The position numbers and the translations under genes are program-made. The notes under the pieces were generated by a model. The model saw only the letters and a program-made list of their open reading frames with translations, was not told where the DNA came from and searched no databases. A stretch of 64,000 nt of DNA from Candidatus Obscuribacteraceae bacterium (GTDB lineage Bacteria; Cyanobacteriota; Vampirovibrionia; Obscuribacterales; Obscuribacteraceae): the NCBI GenBank assembly GCA_044229845.1, contig JBGASG010000001.1, positions 256,001-320,000 on the forward strand, written 5' to 3'. Below are positions 28,074-37,772 of the stretch, piece by piece (the stretch's first letter is position 1; every line of letters starts with the position of its first letter).

Positions 28074-28559
28074 ATGTCCTCAGAGAAAAAAGATGCAATT
28101 GGTAAAGCCCTCGGGCGATTGGCATCTGGCGTCTTTATCGTGACCGCCAGTGATGACGGGTTGCCGACCGGCATGTTGGCCACCTGGGTATGTCAGGCGT
28201 CGTTTCATCCGCCGATGGTTTCGATTGCCATCAACAAAGAGCGTGGCATTCTAGCCGCTCTTAAGCCAGGTAGTGCCTTGACGGTCAATGTGTTGGCTAA
28301 GAATAACAGTGACATCTTCAAAGCGTTTGCCAAGCCTCAAGAACCTGGCGTCGATCGATTCGCCTCGTTGCCCCTGACTGTCACGCAAAACAACTGCCCG
28401 GCATTCGCTGCCGCGGTCTCTTATCTGGAGTGTCAGGTGCAGGCGCTGGCCGAGGCCGGCGATCATGTCATCGCTCTGGCGCAGGTGCTGCAGGGGCGAC
28501 TGCTCAATGCTGATGCGGAGCCGATGGTGCATCTGCGAAAAAACGGCTTTCAGTACTAG
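28074..28559 (+). CDS. Flavin reductase-like protein
   Basis: ALGRLASGVFIVT, WVCQASFHPP, AGDHVIAL, HLRKNGFQY. Confidence 0.9.
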   Translation: MSSEKKDAIGKALGRLASGVFIVTASDDGLPTGMLATWVCQASFHPPMVSIAINKERGILAALKPGSALTVNVLAKNNSDIFKAFAKPQEPGVDRFASLPLTVTQNNCPAFAAAVSYLECQVQALAEAGDHVIALAQVLQGRLLNADAEPMVHLRKNGFQY

Positions 28560-28572
28560 CCGTGGCTCTTTC

Positions 28573-30228
28573 TTACTTTCTGTCCAGCTTGATTTTGAGC
28601 GCCATGGTGGTGCCGGTCTTGGGCTCTGATTTGACGCTCAGATCAGCTTTGTAGAAACAGCGAATCAGCTCTGTGCGCTCGCGCATACTGCTCATGCCGA
28701 TGCCACCTTCTTTGGTGGCATGGCGGGCGCCCACTTCAATCGGATCGAAACCTTTACCGTCATCGCGCACGGTAAATATCAGCTCACTGTTTTCAAAATC
28801 GATCGTCAGCGTGATGTGCTCGGCTTGAGAATGGTTGGCGCTGTTGTTCAGGCATTCCTGCATGATGCGAAACACATGCAGCTCGACGGACGGGTCCAGG
28901 GGTGGCATCTCGATATCGCAGTAAGCGGCGCACTCGGCAGTCGTGCGTCGGGAGACTTGCTCTACCAGCGCCTTTAGAGTAGTGGAGAGACCCCAGTCGC
29001 TCAGATCCGACGGTGACAGTTCGTAGCAAATTTCGCGCAGCCGCGCGGTAATGTGATCGAGCGACTTCATAATCTCATCTTTGGAGAGTTTCTCGTCGCC
29101 AGCCAGTCCGCGTTTCAACGCGGTGACGTCGGAGATAACCGCGTCATGCAAGTCGCGTGCGATACGTCCTTGAATCTCTTCTTGTTGCGAGACGATCTTT
29201 TGAGCCAGGTTCTGTTTCTCGCTCAGCATCTGCTGAAAGTGCTGTCCCGGCAAAGAGTGCATGTCGAGAGCGAACTGCCAGGTGCCGGTGTTGGACTGGT
29301 CGTCGAATTTCTTGGTGGCCCGAATCAGATCTTGAAAGCAGGTGCGAGCTAGCAGCCTGAATTCGTCGTCGTCGACCGGAACGCCGTCGATTGCCCAGTA
29401 TTCACCGCGCTCGTCTTCGCAAAGCAAAAGCCGCATCTTCAGGCGGTGATCGTCGGCTCCGCGCAGAAACAAAAACTGCTCGGTGCTTGGCACCAGATAT
29501 AGTTCCAGCATGGCGCCGCTGCTGCGCGCCGCAAGGCTCCACGAACTGGTGGCAGCCCGCCAGCGGTGGATGACGATTGTCTCGGATGAATCAGGTTTTG
29601 CTTCACGAACCTGACCGAAGTCCGAGCAGGTGACTTGCAGCGAGGGCTGTTTAGTCAAGGCGTTCAGCTTGCCGGCATAAGACGCGATGTGCTGATAAAA
29701 AAGACCTGACAGTTCTTGCGCCTTCTTGTGCAGAGCGCCATCGACTGGTGCTTTTCCGGAGACTGCCCGAGTCGTCTTGGGTTGAATCAGACGGCTGACC
29801 CACTCAATGTCCGGAATCACCGGTTCTCTGCCCGTACGGCGGGCGGCGACCGAGTTGACCGTATAGATAATGCGCTTGCCCAGGATACTGAGGTCGGCTG
29901 TTTCAATCGTCCAGATTTCAGCTTCCGAGCCCTCCTGCCCAGGGGCGGCGGCTTTAGCCAGGGCGAGCTTCCAGAGAAGTTTCTTCTTGTCCTCGCGCAC
30001 GGAGAGGCGAAAGTGTCCATCGTCGCTCTTCCAGGCAAGGACGACATCTTTTCCGGGCGCCTGCTGGGCTGCCGTGACCATCTTACCCAGGTAGGACAAA
30101 TCCGGCGGCAGTGTCTGGTCTGAGCGCCAACCGGGCACTTCTACTGGCACATTGGAGGTCACATGGGGCTCCCGTCTCAGCCGACTCACCAGATGGTTTG
30201 TACCCGGTCGCGGCTTGTCCACCTTCAA
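28573..30228 (-). CDS. Cytoplasmic HisKA_3 (NarX/DegS-type) sensor histidine kinase
   Basis: RIARDLHD, FRIMQECLNNSANHS, VRDDGKGF, GIGMSSMRER; no TM helix; start uncertain. Confidence 0.88.
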   Translation of the reverse strand: MKVDKPRPGTNHLVSRLRREPHVTSNVPVEVPGWRSDQTLPPDLSYLGKMVTAAQQAPGKDVVLAWKSDDGHFRLSVREDKKKLLWKLALAKAAAPGQEGSEAEIWTIETADLSILGKRIIYTVNSVAARRTGREPVIPDIEWVSRLIQPKTTRAVSGKAPVDGALHKKAQELSGLFYQHIASYAGKLNALTKQPSLQVTCSDFGQVREAKPDSSETIVIHRWRAATSSWSLAARSSGAMLELYLVPSTEQFLFLRGADDHRLKMRLLLCEDERGEYWAIDGVPVDDDEFRLLARTCFQDLIRATKKFDDQSNTGTWQFALDMHSLPGQHFQQMLSEKQNLAQKIVSQQEEIQGRIARDLHDAVISDVTALKRGLAGDEKLSKDEIMKSLDHITARLREICYELSPSDLSDWGLSTTLKALVEQVSRRTTAECAAYCDIEMPPLDPSVELHVFRIMQECLNNSANHSQAEHITLTIDFENSELIFTVRDDGKGFDPIEVGARHATKEGGIGMSSMRERTELIRCFYKADLSVKSEPKTGTTMALKIKLDRK

Positions 30229-30292
30229 TAAGGCGCGCGCGCGAACAAGATGCTGCTGCCGGGAATAATTTGTAGAGCTCGGTCGATATTAC

Positions 30293-32590
30293 ATGAAAGA
30301 CCCGCAACACGAACTAAGGGATGCCGATGCGCTTGAACTGGCAGGTGAGGAGCCTGCGTTTCTGGGCGTCGTGCTGGAGGGCAAGTACGAGTTGCAGTCG
30401 CAACTGGGACGCGGCGGCATGGGTGTGGTCTACAAGGCGTGGCATCGGCTTCTGGACCGGCCGGTGGCGGTGAAAATGTTGCACGCTCATCTGGTCGCGG
30501 ATGAGCAGCAGCTTCTGCAGATGCGCCGCGAAGCGCGCTTGATCGCAGACCTTGATCATCCCAATATCGTCTCCGTGCAAGCCTTTGGTACCACTCCCGA
30601 AGGGGCACCATATGTGGTGATGGAACTTCTGGAGGGGCGAACTCTAGCCGAGATACTGGAATCCGAGAAACAGCTGTCTATAGAGCGCACCGTCGACCTG
30701 GTGTTGCAGGTGGCGACCGCGTTGCAGTATTCGCACGAGAAAGGGATCATTCACCGTGATTTGAAGCCGAATAACATCGTTGTCTGTCCCGGCGAAAACG
30801 GTGCCGGTGAATCGGTGAAGATTGTCGATTTTGGCATCGCTCGCCGTGATGTGCAATCGCATACGGTGACGCAGGTGGTGGGTACGCCGCCTTACATGAG
30901 TCCTGAGCAGTGCATGGGAAAGCGTGGCACGGCCCAGGCTGATCTGTATTCACTGGCCTGTGTGATGCACGAGTGTGTCAGCGGGCAGCCGCCTTTTGTG
31001 GGCGAGAGTGCGATTGATACGTTGCGCATGCATCTCAGCGCTGAGCCGCCGCCTTTGAAAACGCTGCGAAAAGAAACTCCGGTGGCACTGCAAAACATCA
31101 CTTTGAAGCTGCTGGCGAAAGACCCGCAGGCGCGCTACGAATCAGCTGCTGAGCTTCTCGAAGATCTATCGGCGCTGAAGAAGTTTTTAGCGGGAGGCGG
31201 TTCAGAGCCCGTTGTGTTTGTTCCGTCCGCCAGCTTAGCTCAGAAGCGAAGGCGTGTTCCGAAACGGGGTTTGTTATTGGGCGTTGCTGGAGTTGTCAGT
31301 TTGTGTTGCTTGGGGCTTTTGGCGCAGTACTTCTTCTTCTTGTCGCGAGCAACTCACGATGACGCTGTTAGAGGGGCTGAACCGCAGTTAAATGACAAGG
31401 CTGAAGATCCGAAAATGGATGTCCAAGCGCGGTTGAGGATTTACTGTCAGCGGTTGGGTGCCGTGTCTGGTGAAACAGCTGGGAGTCTACCGAAGCATTT
31501 TGAAGAGGCTCTTTTAGAGCTGCGCAATCCCGGCACGCAGACCCCTAGACAGCTCAGTCCTAAGTTCATCAAGATGGCAACCTCTTACGAGATGCTCGCT
31601 GCAGAGTATTTCCTTCTGTCAAACAACGCCAGTCGTGCAGCCTATCATGCCGATCTAGCCGCTCGATACTCCCATTACAAAGAGCCTGCAGACCGCAGCA
31701 GCAGCTATGTGGAAGCGATGTGCCTGTTTGCCAAAGCCTGTCTCTCGGCTGGGAATGCGAATAAAGCCATGGAGGCTCTGGACCTGGCGGAAGGTGTATT
31801 GCCATCGTCAAGACCCGAAAACAGCCAGGCGTATCACGACTACAACCGGATAACTCCCGTTCGAATGCAGTCCTACTGGCAGCTCAAGCAATTCGACAAA
31901 GCCCTCGAGATGGCAGATGTGACAGCTCAAGCCGTGATCCCCTCCCATGATGCCGAGCACCAGGCGTCGAAATTGGAAGCCATGTGTCGTCTCGACGAGG
32001 CTAACGGTGGCAACTTCAAAGATGCCATTCAGTTGGGTACCAAACTTCTAGACCCGGAGACCGGTACCGATTGGCGAGAGGATCAAGCTAAGAAACTGGC
32101 TTGCCGCATGCTGGCTAAAGCGCTGCTGGCGAATGGCGAGGTGACTGAAGCGGAGGATCGCTTGCAGCTCGGCATCAAGGCTGCACGCAAGAATCGGCTC
32201 ATGTTCTACGAAGAACAGAAGTGTCGCCTGGATCTCGCAGACCTGCTGATTCAGCAGAAGAGGTACAGAGAAGCAATCGATCTGCTGCAGGCGACCGTTC
32301 TCCTTCAGCGAGAGTTGCCTTCTCTATGCGAATGGAGAAGCGGCCATTCGGAGGTTGATGTGGGTGGCTTTGCTTTGCCTTCTGACGATGTAAGGGTCGA
32401 GGATTTGATGCTAACCGCCTTGGTCAAGCTGAAGGCGGCATACGAGGCTGAGCATAGTGATGGATTCAAGCCCTTCCAGGAGGAGTATGAAACTCGACTG
32501 GCAGCCAACAGCAGGTCGCATGAAAAAGGAATGCCCGCAAAGCTTTTTGCTCTGCCCAAACTGCCTGCTGAGGAATCTCACGCGGATTGA
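30293..32590 (+). CDS. Hanks-type Ser/Thr kinase with TM helix and TPR-like C-terminal region
   Basis: LGRGGMGVVY, VAVK, HRDLKPNN, DFGIA, GTPPYMSPEQ; TM LLLGVAGVVSLCCLGLLAQYFFF. Confidence 0.93.
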   Translation: MKDPQHELRDADALELAGEEPAFLGVVLEGKYELQSQLGRGGMGVVYKAWHRLLDRPVAVKMLHAHLVADEQQLLQMRREARLIADLDHPNIVSVQAFGTTPEGAPYVVMELLEGRTLAEILESEKQLSIERTVDLVLQVATALQYSHEKGIIHRDLKPNNIVVCPGENGAGESVKIVDFGIARRDVQSHTVTQVVGTPPYMSPEQCMGKRGTAQADLYSLACVMHECVSGQPPFVGESAIDTLRMHLSAEPPPLKTLRKETPVALQNITLKLLAKDPQARYESAAELLEDLSALKKFLAGGGSEPVVFVPSASLAQKRRRVPKRGLLLGVAGVVSLCCLGLLAQYFFFLSRATHDDAVRGAEPQLNDKAEDPKMDVQARLRIYCQRLGAVSGETAGSLPKHFEEALLELRNPGTQTPRQLSPKFIKMATSYEMLAAEYFLLSNNASRAAYHADLAARYSHYKEPADRSSSYVEAMCLFAKACLSAGNANKAMEALDLAEGVLPSSRPENSQAYHDYNRITPVRMQSYWQLKQFDKALEMADVTAQAVIPSHDAEHQASKLEAMCRLDEANGGNFKDAIQLGTKLLDPETGTDWREDQAKKLACRMLAKALLANGEVTEAEDRLQLGIKAARKNRLMFYEEQKCRLDLADLLIQQKRYREAIDLLQATVLLQRELPSLCEWRSGHSEVDVGGFALPSDDVRVEDLMLTALVKLKAAYEAEHSDGFKPFQEEYETRLAANSRSHEKGMPAKLFALPKLPAEESHAD

Positions 32591-33543
32591 GCGGCGCGCT
32601 CGGGAGGCAGGTCGGCGGGCTCTTCGGCATACATGGCGATCAAGTGTGCCATCGCATCTTCGTAACCCTGGCGGATCATGCGACGCGACCTATCCGGATC
32701 AATCTCCAGAAGCGTGATGTCGACAGGAGTGCGGGGCTGAAATACCTCGATGTGGATTGCTCGCATGCCTTCCGCTTCATTCGAGCCTTCGGCAATCAGG
32801 CGATTATAGAGTTGAGCCAACTCCAATTCTTTGCGTGCCGATGCATCCAGTACAACGTCCAGGCAGCGAGCCAGGACGCCCCACATATGTGAGGGGCAGA
32901 CGCTGACTGTTTCCGGATGCAGGAGCACCATGAAGATCTCTTCGGCGCCGCGATCCATGGCGGCGCGCATGGGAGTGTTGCGAACCAGACCGCCGTCGAC
33001 CCAGAGACCGTGTCCTTGCACCTGTCTGGGCGGAAATGCGATAGGAACTGCCGATGTCGCCATCAGTGCGTCGATCAATTCGTCGAACTCATTGATGTCG
33101 TCGCTGCTTATCAGTCTGGTTTCGAGGCTGCACAGATCGGTCGTGAAGAAACCGACTTCAGTGTCGCTGTTCTTCAATCGGTCGAGATTGATCTCGCGAC
33201 GCAGCACTTCCTCCAGAGGCGAAGTGTCGAGCAACCCCAGCTTTCGCCCGAAGATCATTCGACTTACCTGGGTGGCGTTGGGCAGCTTGAAGATATTCCA
33301 GGGTTTGATGCTGCACCAGAGTTCTTCCAGTCGGTCCAGCTGTCCCTGAGCCATCATGCAAGCATTGAGGGCGCCGATGGAAGTACCGAACGCCATATCG
33401 AACTCGATGCCGACTTCCTCGAGGGCTTTTGCGACACCCACCTGATAGGCCCCGCGTCCGCCGCCGCCAGGAAGCACCAGTGCCCGTTTCCTCTTCGGAA
33501 TGTTGAGCTTCGGTTTGGGTTTGTATCGACCGTTATCAGCCAT
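32578..33543 (-). CDS. Patatin-like phospholipase
   Basis: GGGGRG oxyanion loop, GTSIG nucleophile, DGG motif. Confidence 0.9.
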   Translation of the reverse strand: MADNGRYKPKPKLNIPKRKRALVLPGGGGRGAYQVGVAKALEEVGIEFDMAFGTSIGALNACMMAQGQLDRLEELWCSIKPWNIFKLPNATQVSRMIFGRKLGLLDTSPLEEVLRREINLDRLKNSDTEVGFFTTDLCSLETRLISSDDINEFDELIDALMATSAVPIAFPPRQVQGHGLWVDGGLVRNTPMRAAMDRGAEEIFMVLLHPETVSVCPSHMWGVLARCLDVVLDASARKELELAQLYNRLIAEGSNEAEGMRAIHIEVFQPRTPVDITLLEIDPDRSRRMIRQGYEDAMAHLIAMYAEEPADLPPERAAQSA

Positions 33544-33768
33544 GGTAAGGGACGCCTTCTCTGCACAAAAAGCCAGCATGTCAGCAGACCATAAATCCAT
33601 AGTAACTCAGGATGCTCTGATTTCCTAGGCGCAATTGCGCATGCCACTACCTGTGGTGGAAGTGGCGGATTTGACTGAGCAAGGCCTTCGGTTTACGAAA
33701 TTAGGTCTTTGTGATATACCGGTGTTATACATTGGTCGACCTATGGATTTACGCAGGTTGTTACTTGG

Positions 33769-34398
33769 ATGATCAAAAATCTGGTGAAACACGGAAATAG
33801 CTATGCGCTGGTCATCGATCAGTCGCTCATGCAGCTGCTCGGCATTGAGCCGGACACCCAGCTCAAGCTGGAGATACAGGAGGGAAAGCTCCATATAGAG
33901 CCGATTCGCGCCGGCAAGTTTCGTGCCAATCTGGAGCTGATTCGAGAGCGACGCCGCGAACAGGTGCGGCTTTTGCACAATCTGATGGTGGCTATGCCGG
34001 GAGCCGATGCTGAACCGATGAGTGACGATGTGGCGGCCCAGGTACGCAAAATGGCATTGGAGAATGTGTATTCGGATCCCGCTCCGCTCACCAAATTCGA
34101 GCAGGGATTGATGCTCGAGCAGGTCCTAGATGAGATATTCGGCTTCGGACCGCTGGGACCTTTTCTGCGCGACCCGGTCATCGAGAATCCCATCGAGATG
34201 ATGCCCAACTACATGTGGTATTCGCAGGGTCAAAAACTAAACATTCAGTTCGACCACGACCATCACCGCGACGACGTGCTGCGCAAGCTCAAACGGCAAA
34301 GGGGGCGCACCACCGACGATGGCATGTCGATGGAGTACATATTTAGCGGACGCAAAGTCCGTGTTCCAGTTGCCGACATCGAACGAGTCGGCAACTAG
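33769..34398 (+). CDS. AbrB/MazE-like DNA-binding domain fused to a CpaF/TadA N-terminal-like domain
   Basis: MIKNLVKHGNSYALVID...LGIEPDTQLKLEIQEGKLHIEP; VLDEIFGFGPLGPFLRDP. Confidence 0.7.
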   Translation: MIKNLVKHGNSYALVIDQSLMQLLGIEPDTQLKLEIQEGKLHIEPIRAGKFRANLELIRERRREQVRLLHNLMVAMPGADAEPMSDDVAAQVRKMALENVYSDPAPLTKFEQGLMLEQVLDEIFGFGPLGPFLRDPVIENPIEMMPNYMWYSQGQKLNIQFDHDHHRDDVLRKLKRQRGRTTDDGMSMEYIFSGRKVRVPVADIERVGN

Positions 34399-34399
34399 G

Positions 34400-35290
34400 T
34401 TACTTGGTTTTGGCCGGCTGCTTGAGCAGCTTGCCCACTTTATCCGCTACTTCTTTAGGAGTCATGGCGACTTCGATGCCCGCTTTCTTCATGGCGTCCA
34501 TCTTGGATTGTGCGGTGCCCTTGCCACCGGAAATGATGGCGCCGGCGTGTCCCATGCGTTTGCCGGGCGGTGCGGTCTGTCCGGCGATGTAGCAGACGAC
34601 CGGCTTCTTGATGTTTGCCTTGACGAACTCTGCGGCCTCTTCTTCGGCTGAACCGCCGATTTCACCGATCAAAACAATGATTTCGGTTTCCGGGTCGTTG
34701 TTGAATTGTGTCAGGACTTCCGGGTACTCCATTCCTTTGACGGGGTCGCCGCCGATACCGACGCAAGTCGATTGACCGAGGTTGGCATCGCTGAGAGCCA
34801 GAGCGATCTCGTAGGTGAGGGTGCCACTGCGGCTGACCATGCCGACCGGTCCCGATTTGAAAATCGAACCGGGCAAGATGCCTAAGAGAGCTTGACCCGG
34901 GGTGATGATGCCGGGGCAGTTCGGGCCGATCATTTTGACGCCCTTCAGTTTGGCTGCTTGCACCAGCTTGGCGGTGTCCTGCGGGACGATGCCTTCGGTG
35001 ATCACGACCAGCAAGCTGATGCCGGCATCGATGGCTTCCAGACCGGCGTCCAGCACCAGATAAGGTGGCACGAAGATGACCGAGCAGGTGGCGCCGGTTT
35101 TGGCGATGGCTTCAGCGACGGTGTCGAAGACCGGTACGTCTGTACCAGGCACTTTGTCACCGCCCTTGCCGGGAGTGACGCCGCCGACGATTTTGGTGCC
35201 ATAGGCCATCATGCGCTTGGTGTGGGAGGCGCCCATCTTGCCGGTAGCTCCCTGCACAATTACTTTGGTGTCTTTGTTGACTAAAATCAC
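34400..35290 (-). CDS. sucD: Succinyl-CoA synthetase alpha subunit
   Basis: [37 protein letters not shown]. Confidence 0.97.
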   Translation of the reverse strand: MILVNKDTKVIVQGATGKMGASHTKRMMAYGTKIVGGVTPGKGGDKVPGTDVPVFDTVAEAIAKTGATCSVIFVPPYLVLDAGLEAIDAGISLLVVITEGIVPQDTAKLVQAAKLKGVKMIGPNCPGIITPGQALLGILPGSIFKSGPVGMVSRSGTLTYEIALALSDANLGQSTCVGIGGDPVKGMEYPEVLTQFNNDPETEIIVLIGEIGGSAEEEAAEFVKANIKKPVVCYIAGQTAPPGKRMGHAGAIISGGKGTAQSKMDAMKKAGIEVAMTPKEVADKVGKLLKQPAKTK

Positions 35291-35325
35291 TTTTCAAATC
35301 TCCGAATTAAATGGCGAGGGACCGA

Positions 35326-36447
35326 TTACTTGGATTTGGCGACCGCTTCTTTGACCGCGTCTTCCAGGTCTGGATGGAGCTTGACTCCCGATTCGCCGAG
35401 CATTTTTTCGGCAATGTCCTGGTTGTTGCCACGCAGTCTGACGACCATGGCGCGTTCAGGATGTTTCTTCAAGAACTGTACAAGCGCTCCCGCCACTTCA
35501 TCGCAAGCGGTGATGCCGCCCAAAATATTCAGCAAGATGACTTTCACAGCCGGATTGTCGTGGACGATCTCCAATGCTTGCAGTGTTTTTTCTTGATCCG
35601 AACCGCCGCCGGCATCCAAAAAGTTGCCCGGTTGCCCGCCGAAGTTCTTCACCATGTCCATGGTCGCCATGGTCAAACCGGCACCATTACAGATGATGCC
35701 GATGTTGCCTTCCAGTTCGACCAGGTTGAGACCGAGGCGCTTGGCTTTGCGTTCGCGCTCGGGCAGGTCTGTCCAGTGGGCTTCTTGTTGACCGCTGAAA
35801 CGCTTCTGGCGGCCCAGTGCATCATCGTTGGCGGTGATTTTGCCGTCCAACGCCAGCACGTCTTCGCCGGCAGTGATTACGAGCGGGTTGATTTCGACGA
35901 GGTCGAGGTCGAGGTCTTCAAAGATTTTGTAGAGTTTGGTGGCGACGTCTGCAACCTTGGCAAACAGTGAGCCGTGCAGTCCCATCTTCTTAGCCAGAGC
36001 CCGAGCCTGGAAGGCGCCGAAGGGGTAAGTGATCGGTTGCGTAATAATAGATTCGTTCGATTCGATTTCGATGCCGCCTTCAGCAGCGGCGATGAAAATC
36101 GGGCAACCGCGGGCGCGGTCCATGGTGATGCTCATGTACATTTCGCGAGCAATGGAGACTTTGGGTTCGCACAGCAGGCTTTCGGTTTTAGAACCGTTGA
36201 TGGTCATGCCCAAAAGTTGCTTGGCGATCTCTTCACCCTCTTTGAGGTCCTTAGCGAATTTGATGCCGCCTGCCTTGCCGCGTCCGCCGGAGAGGACCTG
36301 CACTTTCAATGTCAGCGGCCAGCCGAAATGCACTTTGCGCAACTCTTCCGGTTTCGTAATGCGAGCGCCGGGAGGAATTTGAATGCCGAACTCAGCAAAG
36401 ATTCGCTTGGCTTCGTATTCGTAAAGGTTCAAGGGTCGTACCTCCAT
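35326..36447 (-). CDS. sucC: Succinyl-CoA synthetase beta subunit
   Basis: LYEYEAK, GGRGKAGG, EINPL, NGAGLTMATMD, NILGGITACD; true start may be TTG at 36432. Confidence 0.96.
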   Translation of the reverse strand: MEVRPLNLYEYEAKRIFAEFGIQIPPGARITKPEELRKVHFGWPLTLKVQVLSGGRGKAGGIKFAKDLKEGEEIAKQLLGMTINGSKTESLLCEPKVSIAREMYMSITMDRARGCPIFIAAAEGGIEIESNESIITQPITYPFGAFQARALAKKMGLHGSLFAKVADVATKLYKIFEDLDLDLVEINPLVITAGEDVLALDGKITANDDALGRQKRFSGQQEAHWTDLPERERKAKRLGLNLVELEGNIGIICNGAGLTMATMDMVKNFGGQPGNFLDAGGGSDQEKTLQALEIVHDNPAVKVILLNILGGITACDEVAGALVQFLKKHPERAMVVRLRGNNQDIAEKMLGESGVKLHPDLEDAVKEAVAKSK

Positions 36448-36701
36448 CTGGCGATGCGCGGCATCGCCCGTATTTCATGAATGAGGAGGCAATTGTAGAT
36501 CTGAAAGAGATTGGAGGCGGTGAAGATCAGGTTTTATTTGCGGTTTACTTAGAAAGTGCGGGTTGGCAAGTGTCGGCTTGCCGTCTGCCTCACCATCTGT
36601 CACGAAGTCTTAATTGAGGTGCCGTCATAGTCGCGTGTGCCGCCGCCTCCCCTGGCTATAATCAGCGCTGGCCGATTCGGCACTTACGAGGCTAGACATT
36701 A

Positions 36702-37730
36702 ATGCGACTTGGCATCCTGACAGGCGGCGGCGATTGCCCCGGTTTGAACGCGGTTATCCGGGCTGTGGTCCGTCGCAGTATTCGCGATCACAAGTCGGAA
36801 GTCGTGGGTTTTCTGGAAGGATGGCGTGGCCCCATCGACAACATCGTCATGCCTCTGACCATTGCGAACACCGGCAATCTCATTCAGCGGGGCGGCACGA
36901 TATTGCGAACGTCGCGCACCAATCCGTTCAAAATCGACGGGGCTCCGGAGAAGATCATGGAAGCCCTGAAGAAAAACAATCTGGAAGCTTTGATTGCCGT
37001 CGGCGGCGAAGATACTTGCGGCGTCGCTCATAAGATGTATGAGCAGTACAAGCTGCCTGTCGTCTGCGTTCCGAAGACGATCGACAACGACCTGAGCGCA
37101 ACCGATTTCACTTTCGGATTCGATACCGCCGTCAACATCGTCTGCGAGGCGATCGACCGCCTGCACACGACGGCCGAGTCGCACAACCGTGTTTTGGTCT
37201 GCGAAGTGATGGGCCGGCATGCCGGCTGGATTGCCTGCTATGGCGGAATTGCCGGCGGTGCCGATTTCATTGCCATCCCCGAGAAACCGATCAACATGAA
37301 TGAGCTTTTGACGTCCATCAAGACTGGACACTCGCGAGGCCGCAATTATTCGATCGTGGTCGTGGCCGAAGGGGCGCGCATGGAAGGCGACGAAGCTCCC
37401 AAGTACGATGATCAGGATCCATTTGGGCACTCGAAGCTGGGCGGCATCGGCGATCACCTGGCGAAAGTGATTGAGAAGGAAACCGGTTATGAAACCCGCG
37501 CCATGGTGCTCGGTCATATCCAGCGCGGCGGTTCGCCTACAGCCTTCGACCGCGTGCTTGCCACCAGATTTGGTGTGGCGGCGGCAGACATTGCTCACCA
37601 GAAAAAATTCGGCACGATGGTGGCACTGCATGGCGGTCAGGTCACCGACGTGCCGGTGGAAGCCGGAGTCGGGCAATTGAAGACGCTGGACATGAGTTTG
37701 TACGGCGTGGCGGAAGTATTTTTCGGCTAG
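36702..37730 (+). CDS. pfkA: 6-phosphofructokinase, PPi-type signature
   Basis: GGGDCPGLN, GGEDT, PKTIDND, EVMGRHAG, LGHIQRGG. Confidence 0.93.
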   Translation: MRLGILTGGGDCPGLNAVIRAVVRRSIRDHKSEVVGFLEGWRGPIDNIVMPLTIANTGNLIQRGGTILRTSRTNPFKIDGAPEKIMEALKKNNLEALIAVGGEDTCGVAHKMYEQYKLPVVCVPKTIDNDLSATDFTFGFDTAVNIVCEAIDRLHTTAESHNRVLVCEVMGRHAGWIACYGGIAGGADFIAIPEKPINMNELLTSIKTGHSRGRNYSIVVVAEGARMEGDEAPKYDDQDPFGHSKLGGIGDHLAKVIEKETGYETRAMVLGHIQRGGSPTAFDRVLATRFGVAAADIAHQKKFGTMVALHGGQVTDVPVEAGVGQLKTLDMSLYGVAEVFFG

Positions 37731-37772
37731 TGTAGATCTGTTCTGCGATCTGTGCTCAGCAGGGAGTGAATA

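Noticed and set aside
32578..33543. CBASS/Pycsar-type defence role for the patatin or the cyclase at 49707..50699
   Set aside because: No CD-NTase or cNMP-binding effector is adjacent, and the two genes are 16 kb apart.
33769..34398. Ordinary MazEF or AbrB-Doc toxin-antitoxin pair
   Set aside because: No toxin ORF follows, and the C-terminal extension lacks Fic/PIN/MazF motifs.
37731..37772. FMN riboswitch before ribD (and cobalamin riboswitch before cobU at 22694-22745)
   Set aside because: The gaps are only ~40-50 nt, too short for these aptamers.
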